From an uncultured Planctomycetota bacterium (lineage in GTDB: Bacteria > Planctomycetota > Planctomycetia > Isosphaerales > Isosphaeraceae): a DNA stretch of 64,000 nucleotides. Positions 10,701 to 20,510 of the stretch are shown here, piece after piece. Where the stretch lies: assembly GCA_963823665.1 (NCBI GenBank), contig CAWGMQ010000006.1, positions 1,280,001 to 1,344,000 of the forward strand, read 5' to 3'. Every line of letters begins with the position of its first letter. The stretch's first letter is position 1. Under the pieces are notes generated by a model. That model was not told the origin of the DNA. It made no database searches and saw nothing but the letters and a program-made list of their open reading frames with translations. The position numbers and the translations under genes were made by a program.

Positions 10701-12248
10701 GTGAATGAAGCGACAGAAGGAACGAGCGAGTCTGGCGCAGGGCGCGGTCTCAATCCGCGGTGGGAGTGGCCTGCGGATGAAATCAGGCGCGTTGGGTATC
10801 GCGTGGTGGACATGATTGCGGAGCATCTGTCGGCGTTGCCCGCGGAGCCCGTCTTTCGACCGGTGCCAGCGGAGCTTGCGGCTCAGTGGCTGGGTTCGGA
10901 GCCGCCGGAATCGGGTGCGGAAGTGGACGACGTGCTGGACGCGTTTGCCCGCGACATCGAGCCGTTTCCGTTCGGGAACGGGCATCCACGTTTTTATGGG
11001 TGGGTGAACTCGCCGCCGGTGGTCCTGAGTGTTTTCGCCGAGGCTCTTGCGGCGGCGATGAACCCGAGCTGCGCGGGGGGGAATCACGCCGCTGTATATG
11101 TAGAACGCGCGGTGGTGAACTGGTTCAAGCAGATCGTGGGATTTCCGCCACAGAGCATGGGGCTGCTCGTGAGTGGCGGATCGATGGCTGCGCTCACGGC
11201 GCTGGCGGTCGCGCGGCAGGTGAAATGCGGATTTGATGTGAGGGCGCGAGGCGTACAAGGAGCTCCGGCCAAGATGACTTTTTACCGGAGCGGCGAGGGG
11301 CATGGGTGCCATCAGAAGGCGATTGAGCTGCTCGGGATCGGGCACGAGAACTTTCGTATCGTGGAGCATGATCGCGCGCTGCGCATGAAGCCCGCGGCGC
11401 TTGGGGCTGGGATTGCCGCTGATCGGCAGCAGGGTAATGTTCCCGTTGCCGTAATCGCCAGTGCGGGCGCCGTGAATACCGGGGCGATCGATCCTCTGGA
11501 AGCCATTGCGGATGTGTGCGCGGAGAACAACGTGTGGCTGCATGTCGACGGGGCCTATGGGGCACCGGCCGTGCTGTCGCAGTCGTATGGCGCTCAGCTT
11601 GGGTCGCTTTCACGGGCGGACAGTCTGGCGCTCGATCCGCACAAGTGGTTGTATGTGCCGGTGGAGGCGGGGTTGGTGCTGGTGCGGGATGCGGAGGCGA
11701 TGCGCAGCACGTTCAGCCTGGTTCCTCCTTATCTCAGGACGGACGGGAAACTCGAAGGCGTGGGGGGACTGCCGTGGTTCAGCGAATTTGGGTTTCAGCA
11801 GACTCGCGGGTTTCGTGCGCTCAAGGTGTGGATGGCGTTACGCTATCATGGGCTGGCGGGATATCGCGCTTCGATTGAGCGGGACATCTCGTACGCACAG
11901 AAGCTGGCGGGGCGGCTGCGGGAATCGGGTGAGTTCGAGGTTTTTGAGCCGCAGAGTCTCTCGATCGTGTGTTTCCGGTTTGCTCCGCGTGAGCTTCGCC
12001 AGGAGGCTGAGATCGATCAGATGAACAAAGCGGTGCTGGAAGAAATTCAGCTTGGCGGGCAGATATTTCTCTCGAGCACAATGATTGATGGGAGGTTCTG
12101 GCTGCGAGCGTGTATCATCAACCATCGGGCTCAGCTCGAAGACCTGGAGACGCTCGTTGATGTTGTGACGTGCAGCGGGCGGGCGGCTCGAAGGCGAATG
12201 GGTGAAGCCGCGGGTGGGAGTGGCGCTGGCGGGAAAATGAAGAGCTGA
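10701..12248 (+). CDS. Group II PLP-dependent (aromatic-L-amino-acid-type) decarboxylase
   Basis: HPRFYGWV, SGGSMA, WLHVDGAYG, DSLALDPHKW (PLP lysine), RALKVWM. Confidence 0.92.
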   Translation: MNEATEGTSESGAGRGLNPRWEWPADEIRRVGYRVVDMIAEHLSALPAEPVFRPVPAELAAQWLGSEPPESGAEVDDVLDAFARDIEPFPFGNGHPRFYGWVNSPPVVLSVFAEALAAAMNPSCAGGNHAAVYVERAVVNWFKQIVGFPPQSMGLLVSGGSMAALTALAVARQVKCGFDVRARGVQGAPAKMTFYRSGEGHGCHQKAIELLGIGHENFRIVEHDRALRMKPAALGAGIAADRQQGNVPVAVIASAGAVNTGAIDPLEAIADVCAENNVWLHVDGAYGAPAVLSQSYGAQLGSLSRADSLALDPHKWLYVPVEAGLVLVRDAEAMRSTFSLVPPYLRTDGKLEGVGGLPWFSEFGFQQTRGFRALKVWMALRYHGLAGYRASIERDISYAQKLAGRLRESGEFEVFEPQSLSIVCFRFAPRELRQEAEIDQMNKAVLEEIQLGGQIFLSSTMIDGRFWLRACIINHRAQLEDLETLVDVVTCSGRAARRRMGEAAGGSGAGGKMKS

Positions 12249-12302
12249 ACAAGATTCGGAGCGGAGAGTTTAGCCACGGATCAGACACGGATCGAACACG
12301 GA
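12203..12302 (+). repeat. Dispersed composite repeat, copy a (truncated)
   Basis: ggagagtttagccacggatcagacacggatcgaacacgga, an 11-bp unit x3; homologous to ~13543-13582 and ~17669-17708. Confidence 0.8.
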
Positions 12303-13405
12303 GGGTCATTCCTCCACGCCCGGCCCATGGCGTCTGCTGCCATGATGGCGTCGGCCACCATGTCCGGCTCGACTTCGAATGGTTCATTGTGGATGGTTTC
12401 GCCAGGGGCTGTCGCACGGACCGCGATTTTTTGCAGGTCGTGTTTTGGCAGATCCGTCAAGCCGATCTCGGCCAATGTGATGGGCAGGCCGACCTCGGTT
12501 GCAAAGGTCAATACGCGATGCAGCACCGGGCGAGGTTGTCCTTCCAGTACGAGCTGGGCCAGTAGACCAAACGCAACCTTTTCCCCATGCAGGTAAGGAT
12601 GGGTGCCCTTGGCCGTGGTCAATCCGTTGTGAACGGCGTGGGCTGCCGCAAGGCCGGAAGACTCGAACCCGAGGCCTGACAGCAGTGTGTTCGCTTCGAC
12701 GAGTCGTTCGAGCGCTGGGGTGACGACCTGGGTTTGAACGGAGCGCAGGGCATCGGGCCCATCAGCCATCAGCGTGCGGTAACAGAGTTTCGCCAGTGCC
12801 AACGCGCTCTGGGTAGATAAGCCTCCTCGCATGTTCTTGACATGGCCTTGGGCGCACGTCTTGGCCTCGAACCACGTTGCCAGCGCATCACCCATTCCCG
12901 CCACGAGCAGCCGAGGCGGCCCGAGCGCGATGACCTGTGTATCGACCAGTACCAAGTCGGGGTTCTTGCGATAGAAGCGGGAACCTTCGACGACACCATC
13001 GTCTGAGTAGATCACCGATAGTGCGCTGCACGGGGCGTCGCTCGAGGCCACCGTCGGGCAGTTCACGACGGGCAGATTCAGATCGGATGCTGCTGCACGA
13101 GCGGCATCGAGTACCTTTCCACCGCCGGCTCCTACAACAACCTGGGACTTGTGTTCTCTGGCGGCCTGCTTGATTCGCTCGATTTCAGCCAAGGAACATT
13201 CACCGCCGAACTCATGGACTGAATAGGCGATTGCAGCTTCCGCGAAGGTGTGCTTCCAGGTTCCGGTCAGCAGTCGGATGGGCGAGCGACTCGCAACAAT
13301 CAGCGCGGGTCCGCTCAATCCCAGGCCGGCGATCTCCGCTCCAAGGACGGCGGTGGCGTTCTTTCCTTGCGTGTAGCGGCTGGGCGAGCAGAAGACGGAA
13401 AGCAT
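12281..13405 (-). CDS. gldA: Glycerol dehydrogenase
   Basis: SPSRYTQG, GAGGGKVLD, PTVASSDAPCSALSVIY, AGMGDALATWFEA, GLAAAHAVHNGLT, HGEKVAFG. ATG at 13405. Confidence 0.93.
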   Translation of the reverse strand: MLSVFCSPSRYTQGKNATAVLGAEIAGLGLSGPALIVASRSPIRLLTGTWKHTFAEAAIAYSVHEFGGECSLAEIERIKQAAREHKSQVVVGAGGGKVLDAARAAASDLNLPVVNCPTVASSDAPCSALSVIYSDDGVVEGSRFYRKNPDLVLVDTQVIALGPPRLLVAGMGDALATWFEAKTCAQGHVKNMRGGLSTQSALALAKLCYRTLMADGPDALRSVQTQVVTPALERLVEANTLLSGLGFESSGLAAAHAVHNGLTTAKGTHPYLHGEKVAFGLLAQLVLEGQPRPVLHRVLTFATEVGLPITLAEIGLTDLPKHDLQKIAVRATAPGETIHNEPFEVEPDMVADAIMAADAMGRAWRNDPPCSIRV

Positions 13406-13489
13406 GGTGCGGGTCCTTTTGCGATTGGGGTTGCCTGGTAGCCTCCCGAAGTTCTCATGGAAGAATTGTATCCCAACGGCGGGCGACTC

Positions 13490-13907
13490 TGTGGAAGAGA
13501 GCCGCGCCGGCAGAAAAATGAAGAAATAAACGAGACGAGGATCGGAGAGTTTAGCCACGGATCAAACACGGATCGAACACGGATAATACAAGAATACGTC
13601 AGGGAGTGCGGGGGTCTGGGTCGGCTGCCCCGCCCTGGACTGGATTGGAGGCTTGTCATGCGCGATGCGCGTGAAGATTTAAACAGAAGGTAACGAAGGT
13701 AACAAATAAGAAGATGGGAGCCTGAATGGCGGATCCGGCTGTGCTCCAGGGGACCAAAAAAGGCCCGGACGCAAGATTTGATGTATCGCCGGGACTTTGG
13801 GGGCGAAGAAACGGCCCGGCGCGTGCACCCGCTCGGTCAGGAACAGGCCGAGAATAACTCTTTCGAAAAGTGGGCCCTCGCTCCGCGAGGGAACGTGCCT
13901 TCGCGGA
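13490..13907 (+). repeat. Dispersed composite repeat, copy b (ends in the REP that is the IS1182 target)
   Basis: Tandem cacggat units, then ggcttgtcatgc, aacagaaggtaacgaaggtaac and cctcgctccgcgagggaacgtgccttcgcgga. Aligns by eye with 17605-17836 and 30033-30252. Confidence 0.75.
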
Positions 13908-15559
13908 GAGGCTGTCATCTTTTGGCCGCGTTGCGGTAACTCGGCCGTTGGGCCTAGTCGGCTGTGATTCACCGCTTGGTCGCTCGGTTAGTGCCGCCGA
14001 TTCACGCCAGTTCTCCAATAGCCCAGCCGTTGACGCAAACGCGCTTTCCTATTTTGTCCCTTTTTTGCAAAGTACCGCTCATTCCGCCAGTTTGCCCATC
14101 GCTGGGCGCAGTCTCCCTGCGACAACCAGGTTGTGAGCAATTGCAAACAACAATGCGACGGCGCGGCAACGCGGTTGGCCACGCACGGGCATAAACCAGA
14201 ATCCTCGATTGCGAGCCTGGGCGTTGACCCACTCGGCTGTTTGGCCTCGCAGCCGGTAGATCAGCTTCGCGGCCTCGGTCCCCATTCGGATCCGCCAAGC
14301 GGCAACCGCTTCGCTGTCGCCCTTCTTTGCGGTGTAGGGATCTTCTCCATTTGCCTGTTTCTTTTTCTCGTCTCTGATCGGCCCGTATACGATGCAGCCG
14401 CGTTGGGCCGCCTGATCGATCGAGTCCTTGGTCGTGAAGCCACCGTCAACCAATGCCTCATCCGGAATTCGTTCGTAACGCTCCTCCAACTGGTCGAGCA
14501 TGGGCGGAAGTTCTTCGCCATCGTTCCCTGCGTTGGTCACCTCCACACCCACAATCACACCGCTTTCGGTGTCTGTTGTGAATTGAACGTTATATCCCGG
14601 CCGGAATCCTCCGTCTGGAAACTTCATGATCCTCGCGTCGGGGTCGGTGGTCGAAGCACGCGCTTCCCGCCCCTTGCGGCCGTAGGACTCGTCACGTTCG
14701 CGTTGCAGCTCCTCGCACTGCCGCATCGCTTCTTCGATCCGTTGCTGTCGCTTGTTGGCGGCACGCTCCCGCGCCGCTCGCTGCCGTCGAGTCAGCTCTG
14801 CTGTGTCCTCCTCGGCCAGTTTCTTCAGCGCCTCAACCTGCTCCTTCGCCGCTTTCAGGCACTCCTCCAGGCTACCGCGACGACGAAACGAGCTCTTGCC
14901 CGCGCTGGCACGCACTCTCATTCCGTCCTGAGCGACCCGGTCCATTTTCACCAACCCGGCATGGAGCAGGGTGCCCACGATCTGCGTGAGCAGTTCGTTC
15001 AACTTCTCGCCCCCACAAGCGAGGAAGTGGGACAACATGCTGTGGTTGACGGTTACGCCGCCGCACAGCCACTGGTACGGCAGACTCCCTTGGTTCTTTT
15101 CGCACAGCCGTTCGATTTCACGGGCGCTGCCGACTCCCTTCAATGTGGCGAAAACCCGCAATCCGACCAGCAAGCGCGGGTCGGTGGCATCTCGGCCGAC
15201 ATGTCGCTCGACGGCCTTGATCTCGCCGAGCCAGGCTTTCAGATCGAGCTTGCAGACCGCCGCCCAGACGACCCGGGCCGGATGGTCGGCCTCGAGCAAT
15301 TCATCGAGCGATGCCCAGCGCATCTCGATCTGGTCGCGTACGGGACACCGCAGCCGCGGCTTGCCAGTTGGCATCGACTGGGCAGCCTGGGCGGGAGAGG
15401 GCTGATCGGGCAAGTCTTCTGGGCTAAAGAGAGGAAGTGTCATGACGCTCGTCCTGCAACACCGGGGCTGCGTGGGGCTCATGCGGCGGACTACATGCAT
15501 GGTATTAGAACGTGAACACTATACAAAATCAACCCCAACGCCGAAAAAATCACAGCCTC
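13908..15559 (-). mobile_element. IS1182-family insertion sequence, copy 1
   Basis: Terminal IRs gaggctgtcatcttttgg / ccgaaaaaatcacagcctc; flanked by gga/gga (cggag if the IRs are read one base shorter). Second copy at 30253-31904. Confidence 0.9.
14079..15443 (-). CDS. IS1182-family DDE transposase
   Basis: LDELLEADHPARVV, GVGSAREIERLC, AQDGMRVRASAG, STTDPDARIMK, GYNVQ, LVDGGF, RGQTAEWVNA. Confidence 0.9.
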   Translation of the reverse strand: MTLPLFSPEDLPDQPSPAQAAQSMPTGKPRLRCPVRDQIEMRWASLDELLEADHPARVVWAAVCKLDLKAWLGEIKAVERHVGRDATDPRLLVGLRVFATLKGVGSAREIERLCEKNQGSLPYQWLCGGVTVNHSMLSHFLACGGEKLNELLTQIVGTLLHAGLVKMDRVAQDGMRVRASAGKSSFRRRGSLEECLKAAKEQVEALKKLAEEDTAELTRRQRAARERAANKRQQRIEEAMRQCEELQRERDESYGRKGREARASTTDPDARIMKFPDGGFRPGYNVQFTTDTESGVIVGVEVTNAGNDGEELPPMLDQLEERYERIPDEALVDGGFTTKDSIDQAAQRGCIVYGPIRDEKKKQANGEDPYTAKKGDSEAVAAWRIRMGTEAAKLIYRLRGQTAEWVNAQARNRGFWFMPVRGQPRCRAVALLFAIAHNLVVAGRLRPAMGKLAE

Positions 15560-15653
15560 GGAGCGAAGGCCGACAATTGTCTTCGGCGGGCGACTCTAGG
15601 TTCCTGGTATGATCTGAGTCGACAAGCGTCTCCAACGTGGGAGAGTGGCGTCC

Positions 15654-16448
15654 ATGCCGGCTAGCCCCGTCGCACGTCCGTGGCGAAGATTCCTGCGATT
15701 CAGCATGCGGGGGTTGATCATCCTGGTGCTGATGATCGGTGCTTGGCTTGGCTGGCTCGTCCGAAGCGTTCGTATCCAGCGTGAGGCAGTTGCGGCGATC
15801 GCGAGAGCCGGTGGGGTCAAATATGACTGGGGATGGACATCCGCGGATTATGATCCAGGAGTAAAACCGTTGAAGCGAGGAAACCTCGCCGATCGCATTG
15901 GAGTCGACTATTTCGCTCACGTTACCGATGTCAGACTCTTCTGGTCGTCACAGGCAATCAATGAAGCGGTTGTGCAACTCGGGCGTCTTAACCGGGTCGA
16001 GCGAGTGATTATTCATCAGTTTCCCGTGACCGACGCCTGGGTGGCTCAGCTCAAGGGATTGACCAGCGTCTCGGAACTCGCCCTCGACGCCGTTCAATGC
16101 ACCGACGCCGGGCTGGCGCAACTGAGTGGGGTGACCAACCTATCGAAACTTGATCTCACTGGTACTGAGGTCACCGACGCCGGGCTGGCGGAACTGCAAC
16201 GGCTGACCAAACTCTCGGAACTTGTCCTGATGGGCACTCGGGTCACGGACGCTGGGCTGGTGCATCTGAAGGGTCTGAGGAACCTCACGAAACTCGACGT
16301 CAGCGCCACTCGGGTTTCCGACGCCGGGCTGAGGCAACTTCATGGGCTCACCAACCTTTCGGAACTCACCCTGTACAGCACTCTGGTCACCCGCAGGGGG
16401 GTGAAAGAGATCAAGCGGGCTTTGCCGAGCCTCACGATCAATTACTGA
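15654..16448 (+). CDS. Membrane-anchored leucine-rich-repeat protein (paralogue 1, intact)
   Basis: RPWRRFLRFSMRG + TM, then 24-aa repeats of the form LxxLTxLxxLxLxxTxVTDAGLxx. Confidence 0.88.
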   Translation: MPASPVARPWRRFLRFSMRGLIILVLMIGAWLGWLVRSVRIQREAVAAIARAGGVKYDWGWTSADYDPGVKPLKRGNLADRIGVDYFAHVTDVRLFWSSQAINEAVVQLGRLNRVERVIIHQFPVTDAWVAQLKGLTSVSELALDAVQCTDAGLAQLSGVTNLSKLDLTGTEVTDAGLAELQRLTKLSELVLMGTRVTDAGLVHLKGLRNLTKLDVSATRVSDAGLRQLHGLTNLSELTLYSTLVTRRGVKEIKRALPSLTINY

Positions 16449-16655
16449 TTCTGTTGCCTGTGCGATCGACCGCAACTCGACAGAGCGGCATTCTGAATGA
16501 TGTGAAGCAGAGGACGATCGGACGACAGTGTCGTGGGTGGTTTCTCCGATCCGTGTTTACGGATGACCTCTACATTGCTAGGATTCCCGACAAATCCCTC
16601 GGTGAGCCCGATCCTTCGGGCCGGCAAAACGGAGTGTTGGTACGGAGGAATTTGC

Positions 16656-17138
16656 ATGTCCAGAAGAACACGTGCATTTGGAGCCGTGATCATCCTGTCC
16701 TACGTCTCGCCCGTCCATCTCGCTGCTCATGATAAAGTCGGGACGGATGGACTCATCTCCAGAGTCGGCACGTATCGACTCTATCATGGGGAACTGGCGC
16801 TGAGGATCTACGAGGACAAGGGCAAGCTGAACTACGAGATCGGCAGAACCAACATGTTCTGGTGCGGGCCTGCGGAGCCCTTCATCGAAAAAGGAGCTGG
16901 GTGGTTCGCATTGGTAGAGTCACCCAAGGCGAGAGCGCCCAGAGCGATCTGGATCTTCGACGGGCGTGATCGTCTCGTCCAGATCGCATACGACCCCATC
17001 GGGAGTCGAGACGATTACTGGGGGGCGATTGAGTATGACTCGGATTCCCGTCCCTCGATTGTCACCAACGCTCCCAAGGCGGTTCGGGACCGGCTGCCGG
17101 AGTCGTTCAAGAAGAAGTTCAAGGGGAAGTCCCAGTAG
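16656..17138 (+). CDS. Hypothetical secreted protein
   Basis: ATG at 16656 after ggagg; signal-peptide-like N-terminus; within ORF 16533..17138. Confidence 0.6.
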   Translation: MSRRTRAFGAVIILSYVSPVHLAAHDKVGTDGLISRVGTYRLYHGELALRIYEDKGKLNYEIGRTNMFWCGPAEPFIEKGAGWFALVESPKARAPRAIWIFDGRDRLVQIAYDPIGSRDDYWGAIEYDSDSRPSIVTNAPKAVRDRLPESFKKKFKGKSQ

Positions 17139-17210
17139 GTAAACGAAGCTCCCTCCTGGCTTCCGATGCGGCCAGGGCGCGACACCTCAATGAGAATCGA
17201 GACTTCGCGC

Positions 17211-17477
17211 ATGCCCATTTACGGCTACAAGCGGGCGGTTGCAAACGAGGAATTCGGCTTGCTCGACCTGCGTGAGATCAGCTTCGACCTCCAGGCTGAC
17301 GATCTCCGACGCGTCTCCCGTTTCCTCGAAAGCTGCGCCGCAGAGATTGAATCGGGGCGCTGGCGGAGTAGCCACGTCCATCTGAGTTCGCTTGATCCGT
17401 CGTGGAGAGGCGGCCACCCGGACACGGACGTGATTGTGCTGAACCCCGATCCTGAACCTCCTGTCCCCTGCGAATAA
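17211..17477 (+). CDS. Small hypothetical protein, possibly an Imm32-like immunity protein
   Basis: GLLDLREISF...DLRRVSRFLESCAAEIE...HVHL pattern recalled from immunity-like small proteins. Start uncertain. Confidence 0.5.
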   Translation: MPIYGYKRAVANEEFGLLDLREISFDLQADDLRRVSRFLESCAAEIESGRWRSSHVHLSSLDPSWRGGHPDTDVIVLNPDPEPPVPCE

Positions 17478-17604
17478 GATGATGCGGAATGCCACGGGCA
17501 ACGACACGTGCGCAACTGGCTGTTGCCGAGAAATATCGAGCACTCTACCGGCGGTCATGGATTGGCGTAGGGAGCGCCAGAACCTTCGGACCGCGGCGGT
17601 CGGG

Positions 17605-17836
17605 AATTGGGGCCGCGGATGGGAGCCACGGCGGCGGGAAAAAGAAGAATTGGAGTAGAACAGGAGCGGAGATTTTAGCCACGGATCAAACACGGATCGA
17701 ACACGGATAATACAAGAATGCTTCAAGGAGTGAGTGGGTTTGGGTCAGATGCCCTGCTCTGGACTGGGGGCTTGTCATGCCAGGTGCTCCACAAGATTTG
17801 AACAGAAGAAAACGAAGATAACGAAGTAGAGTCTTC
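17605..17836 (+). repeat. Dispersed composite repeat, copy c
   Basis: ttagccacggatcaaacacggatcgaacacggataatacaagaat is identical to copy b; followed by aacagaagaaaacgaagataacgaag. Confidence 0.8.
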
Positions 17837-19549
17837 GTCCGTAAGATCTCTGCGCCGTGCGCGTCTTTTCAATGGATTATGCTGCTCTGCCAACGGCCTT
17901 TGGTATTCCATGATAGTAAAGTTGAACCGCCGCTCCCAACAGTTGGTGGCCTTTCGCGGTAACGAGCCAGCGACGGCTGCGCGGCACCTTTGCGATTAAT
18001 CCTCGTACGTGTAATCGCTTCAACATGCGACCGACCGCGTGGCTTTGACGACGCTGTTCGCCGACGTCTTTGTTGGGTACGTAGAACGCATCCCTGACAT
18101 CCGCGTTGCGAAAACCGCGGAGCACATGGTCCCCATCGAGTACCGCTTGGAAGAACCGCACGTCGGCGGAGGTGGCGGGGTTGAACCCAGCATGACTGCG
18201 GCCAAAGACAATCGCCGGCTCGGTCAATTCCTTAAGCTGGCTGTACGCCGGCGCCGGATCTTCGACCGTGGACAGAGCATCCAGGTATCGCTGATTGGCA
18301 ACCAGTGACACCTCACGGTAACGATAAAGGTTGATGACACCTTTGTTCATCGGGCACCACACCATCCGCGGACGCCCTGCACGCGTCCGTAACCGGCGCA
18401 CCCGAAATTCACGCGGATCGTTGATCACGGTCTCGATCCGCAGCATCAAGCCGAACTTATCGTACATCTTGAGCCAGTTGTTCTTCATCCGGTGTTTGAC
18501 GCGGGCACCGGGCCATCGTCCTTTCTGGCAACTCGTGAGCACCTCCCCATCGAACAGGGGATGGAATCGACGTCCCAGGAAACTCAGGATGTCTTTCGCT
18601 GAGAAGTTCACCGCGGCATGATCCAGTAGCCGCGGATAGAGACCAGCCAGCGCCGCGCGGCTGGTGAAGATAACATCGGTCGCGAACTCGGCTTGATCGA
18701 TGACCCAGTAATAACTGAGGCAGCGAAACCACCCTTCTTTTACCAATGGATTGACCCGCCGCGCTAGACGATCGAGGATCTTGACCCATTCGAGCTTGGT
18801 GAACGAGTCAGCCATCCTTTGAGCAACTCGGGGATTGTCCAAAGCGGTGAATGCGTTGTCTTGCTGTTCAAATCCCATCCGTCGCTTGGACATCTGGCGG
18901 GCCAACCACGAGTGGCCGTTGACATAAATCTGGATGGTAAACGGGAACCAGGTCGCCAGACGAATATGAATCAGATCTAACTGGGGATCGAGGAAGTAGA
19001 AGTACAAGACGCGCTGTTGTCGACGTGCGTTGACCAGGCTGGGTCGACCTTTGCCGTACTTGAGTTTGAAACTTGGACAGCACTCCATGCAGCAGAGGAT
19101 ACATATCAAACCTTCGCCAATAGGTCGTTTTCGGAGGAATTCGTGGGCGATGGCTTCCTTGCGATGAGCCCCTTGAAGGAACTGGTATTCGGCGCCGTAT
19201 CGCTGGGCAAGTCGCTTGGCGTGGCCGATCAAGATCTCGGACTGTTTCTCGGCAAAGGCCATGAAGTCACACCGGCGGATCTTAAGAATACGGTCGACGA
19301 AGGCTTCGAGCGCTGGTCCATTGCTGATGGGCAGATAGCCCTTATAGATCACCCGGTCGAAGCACGCGAGCACGGCGACGACTAGCTTGGTAAACTTGAC
19401 GACGAAGCGCGACAGCGTCTTCATGGCGTTCTCCTCCGAAGTGGCTGTTCTTGACAAACCCATTTTGGAGGCAGAACGCCGTTCTTGCCCAAGCTTTTTC
19501 AAGCGGATCGCGAAAAAGGGCAGCGCGAGGTTCTCAGAATCTGCGGAAC
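17837..19549 (-). mobile_element. Unclassified IS-like element (single ORF, imperfect IRs, 5-bp direct repeat)
   Basis: tcttc at 17832-17836 and 19550-19554. Left end gtccgtaagatctctg vs right-end reverse complement gttccgcagattctg. One ORF fills about 90% of the element. Confidence 0.6.
17877..19424 (-). CDS. Putative transposase-like protein with Rep_trans-like motifs and a C-terminal winged helix
   Basis: ATG at 19424 with a ggaggag RBS; 515 aa. Motifs CFDRVIYKGYL, DQAEFATD, KMYDK..LRIETVIN, GFRN...LKRLHVRGLIAKVPRSRRWLVT. Confidence 0.65.
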   Translation of the reverse strand: MKTLSRFVVKFTKLVVAVLACFDRVIYKGYLPISNGPALEAFVDRILKIRRCDFMAFAEKQSEILIGHAKRLAQRYGAEYQFLQGAHRKEAIAHEFLRKRPIGEGLICILCCMECCPSFKLKYGKGRPSLVNARRQQRVLYFYFLDPQLDLIHIRLATWFPFTIQIYVNGHSWLARQMSKRRMGFEQQDNAFTALDNPRVAQRMADSFTKLEWVKILDRLARRVNPLVKEGWFRCLSYYWVIDQAEFATDVIFTSRAALAGLYPRLLDHAAVNFSAKDILSFLGRRFHPLFDGEVLTSCQKGRWPGARVKHRMKNNWLKMYDKFGLMLRIETVINDPREFRVRRLRTRAGRPRMVWCPMNKGVINLYRYREVSLVANQRYLDALSTVEDPAPAYSQLKELTEPAIVFGRSHAGFNPATSADVRFFQAVLDGDHVLRGFRNADVRDAFYVPNKDVGEQRRQSHAVGRMLKRLHVRGLIAKVPRSRRWLVTAKGHQLLGAAVQLYYHGIPKAVGRAA

Positions 19550-19800
19550 TCTTCTCTGCCGGCAACAGAGAGAGGCTAGCAGGGGTCCAGGGGGCGGCAA
19601 TGAGCCCCTGGTCGCCGCATGGATGCGGCGAAATCTTGCAAGGATGCTTACCAACAGCGAGAGATATCCGCTACCGACATGTTCGAATGAAAGAGTCCTT
19701 CTGGTTTGCGGCTCCGCCGCGTTAGGAGATAAGAGTCTGAACGGCCGATTGGGCTGCGCTCTGCGCTGGCGCGACTTGCCTGCTCTGCGAACACGGGCCA

Positions 19801-20085
19801 GTGCATCTCAGCCGACTGACCACGCTCTCTACACTCGAACTCGGTGATACTCAGGTCAGCGATGCCGGGCTGGCGCATTTGAGAGGGTTAACCAACTTGA
19901 TCTGCCTCATCCTCGACAGCACGCACGTCAGCGATACCGGGCTCGCAAATCTGAAGGGGATGACCGAACTTGTTGTCCTTTACTACTCAGGTCACCGATG
20001 CTGGATTGGTGCATCTGAAGGGTCTGACCAAACTCTCTAGCCTTTATCTCAGCAACACTCAGGTCACCAACGCCGGAATGGTGGC
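19801..20085 (+). pseudogene. LRR paralogue remnant (paralogue 2)
   Basis: About four TQVSDAGLAHLRGLTNL-type repeats, frameshifted near 19985; no N-terminus. Confidence 0.8.
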
Positions 20086-20510
20086 GAAAGGGGATCGTGG
20101 GCTGCCGACATTCCTAGGGTGTCGGCTTCTCTGATGGAGCAAGACGATGAATAGTGCGGCGCCCAAGAGCCCCCAGGACGTCGCCAGCAGCATGACCCAG
20201 AGACGCCCTGAAAAACCGTGGACTAACAGTGATTGGTTCGTGACGCCTTTTCCAGGTTCGCGAAGGGCGCTACCAGGCGGGAGCGTGGGAACGAGGCGGT
20301 CGCTCCGGCGCTGTGACCTGGTCGGTTCCGGGGTCCATGTCACAAGAGGATGCGGAATGGACATCTTTCTGAAAGAGAGTCGTTGTTGTTCGGCTTGCGA
20401 GAGGACCAGATACCGGATGGCGCCCGGGGCGTTTTGTATCATTATGATCTGATAAAAGCTGGAGGATCGGGGATTCGCCGAAGTGTCCTTTACCGATGAA
20501 TGGGAAAGCG

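Noticed and set aside
14133..15515. 460-aa + strand ORF (and its twin at 30478..31860)
   Set aside because: Antisense shadow of the IS1182 transposase; no recognisable motifs.
12262..17830. CRISPR array from the cacggat and aacgaag tandems
   Set aside because: Units are 9-11 bp with no unique spacers, and there are no cas genes.
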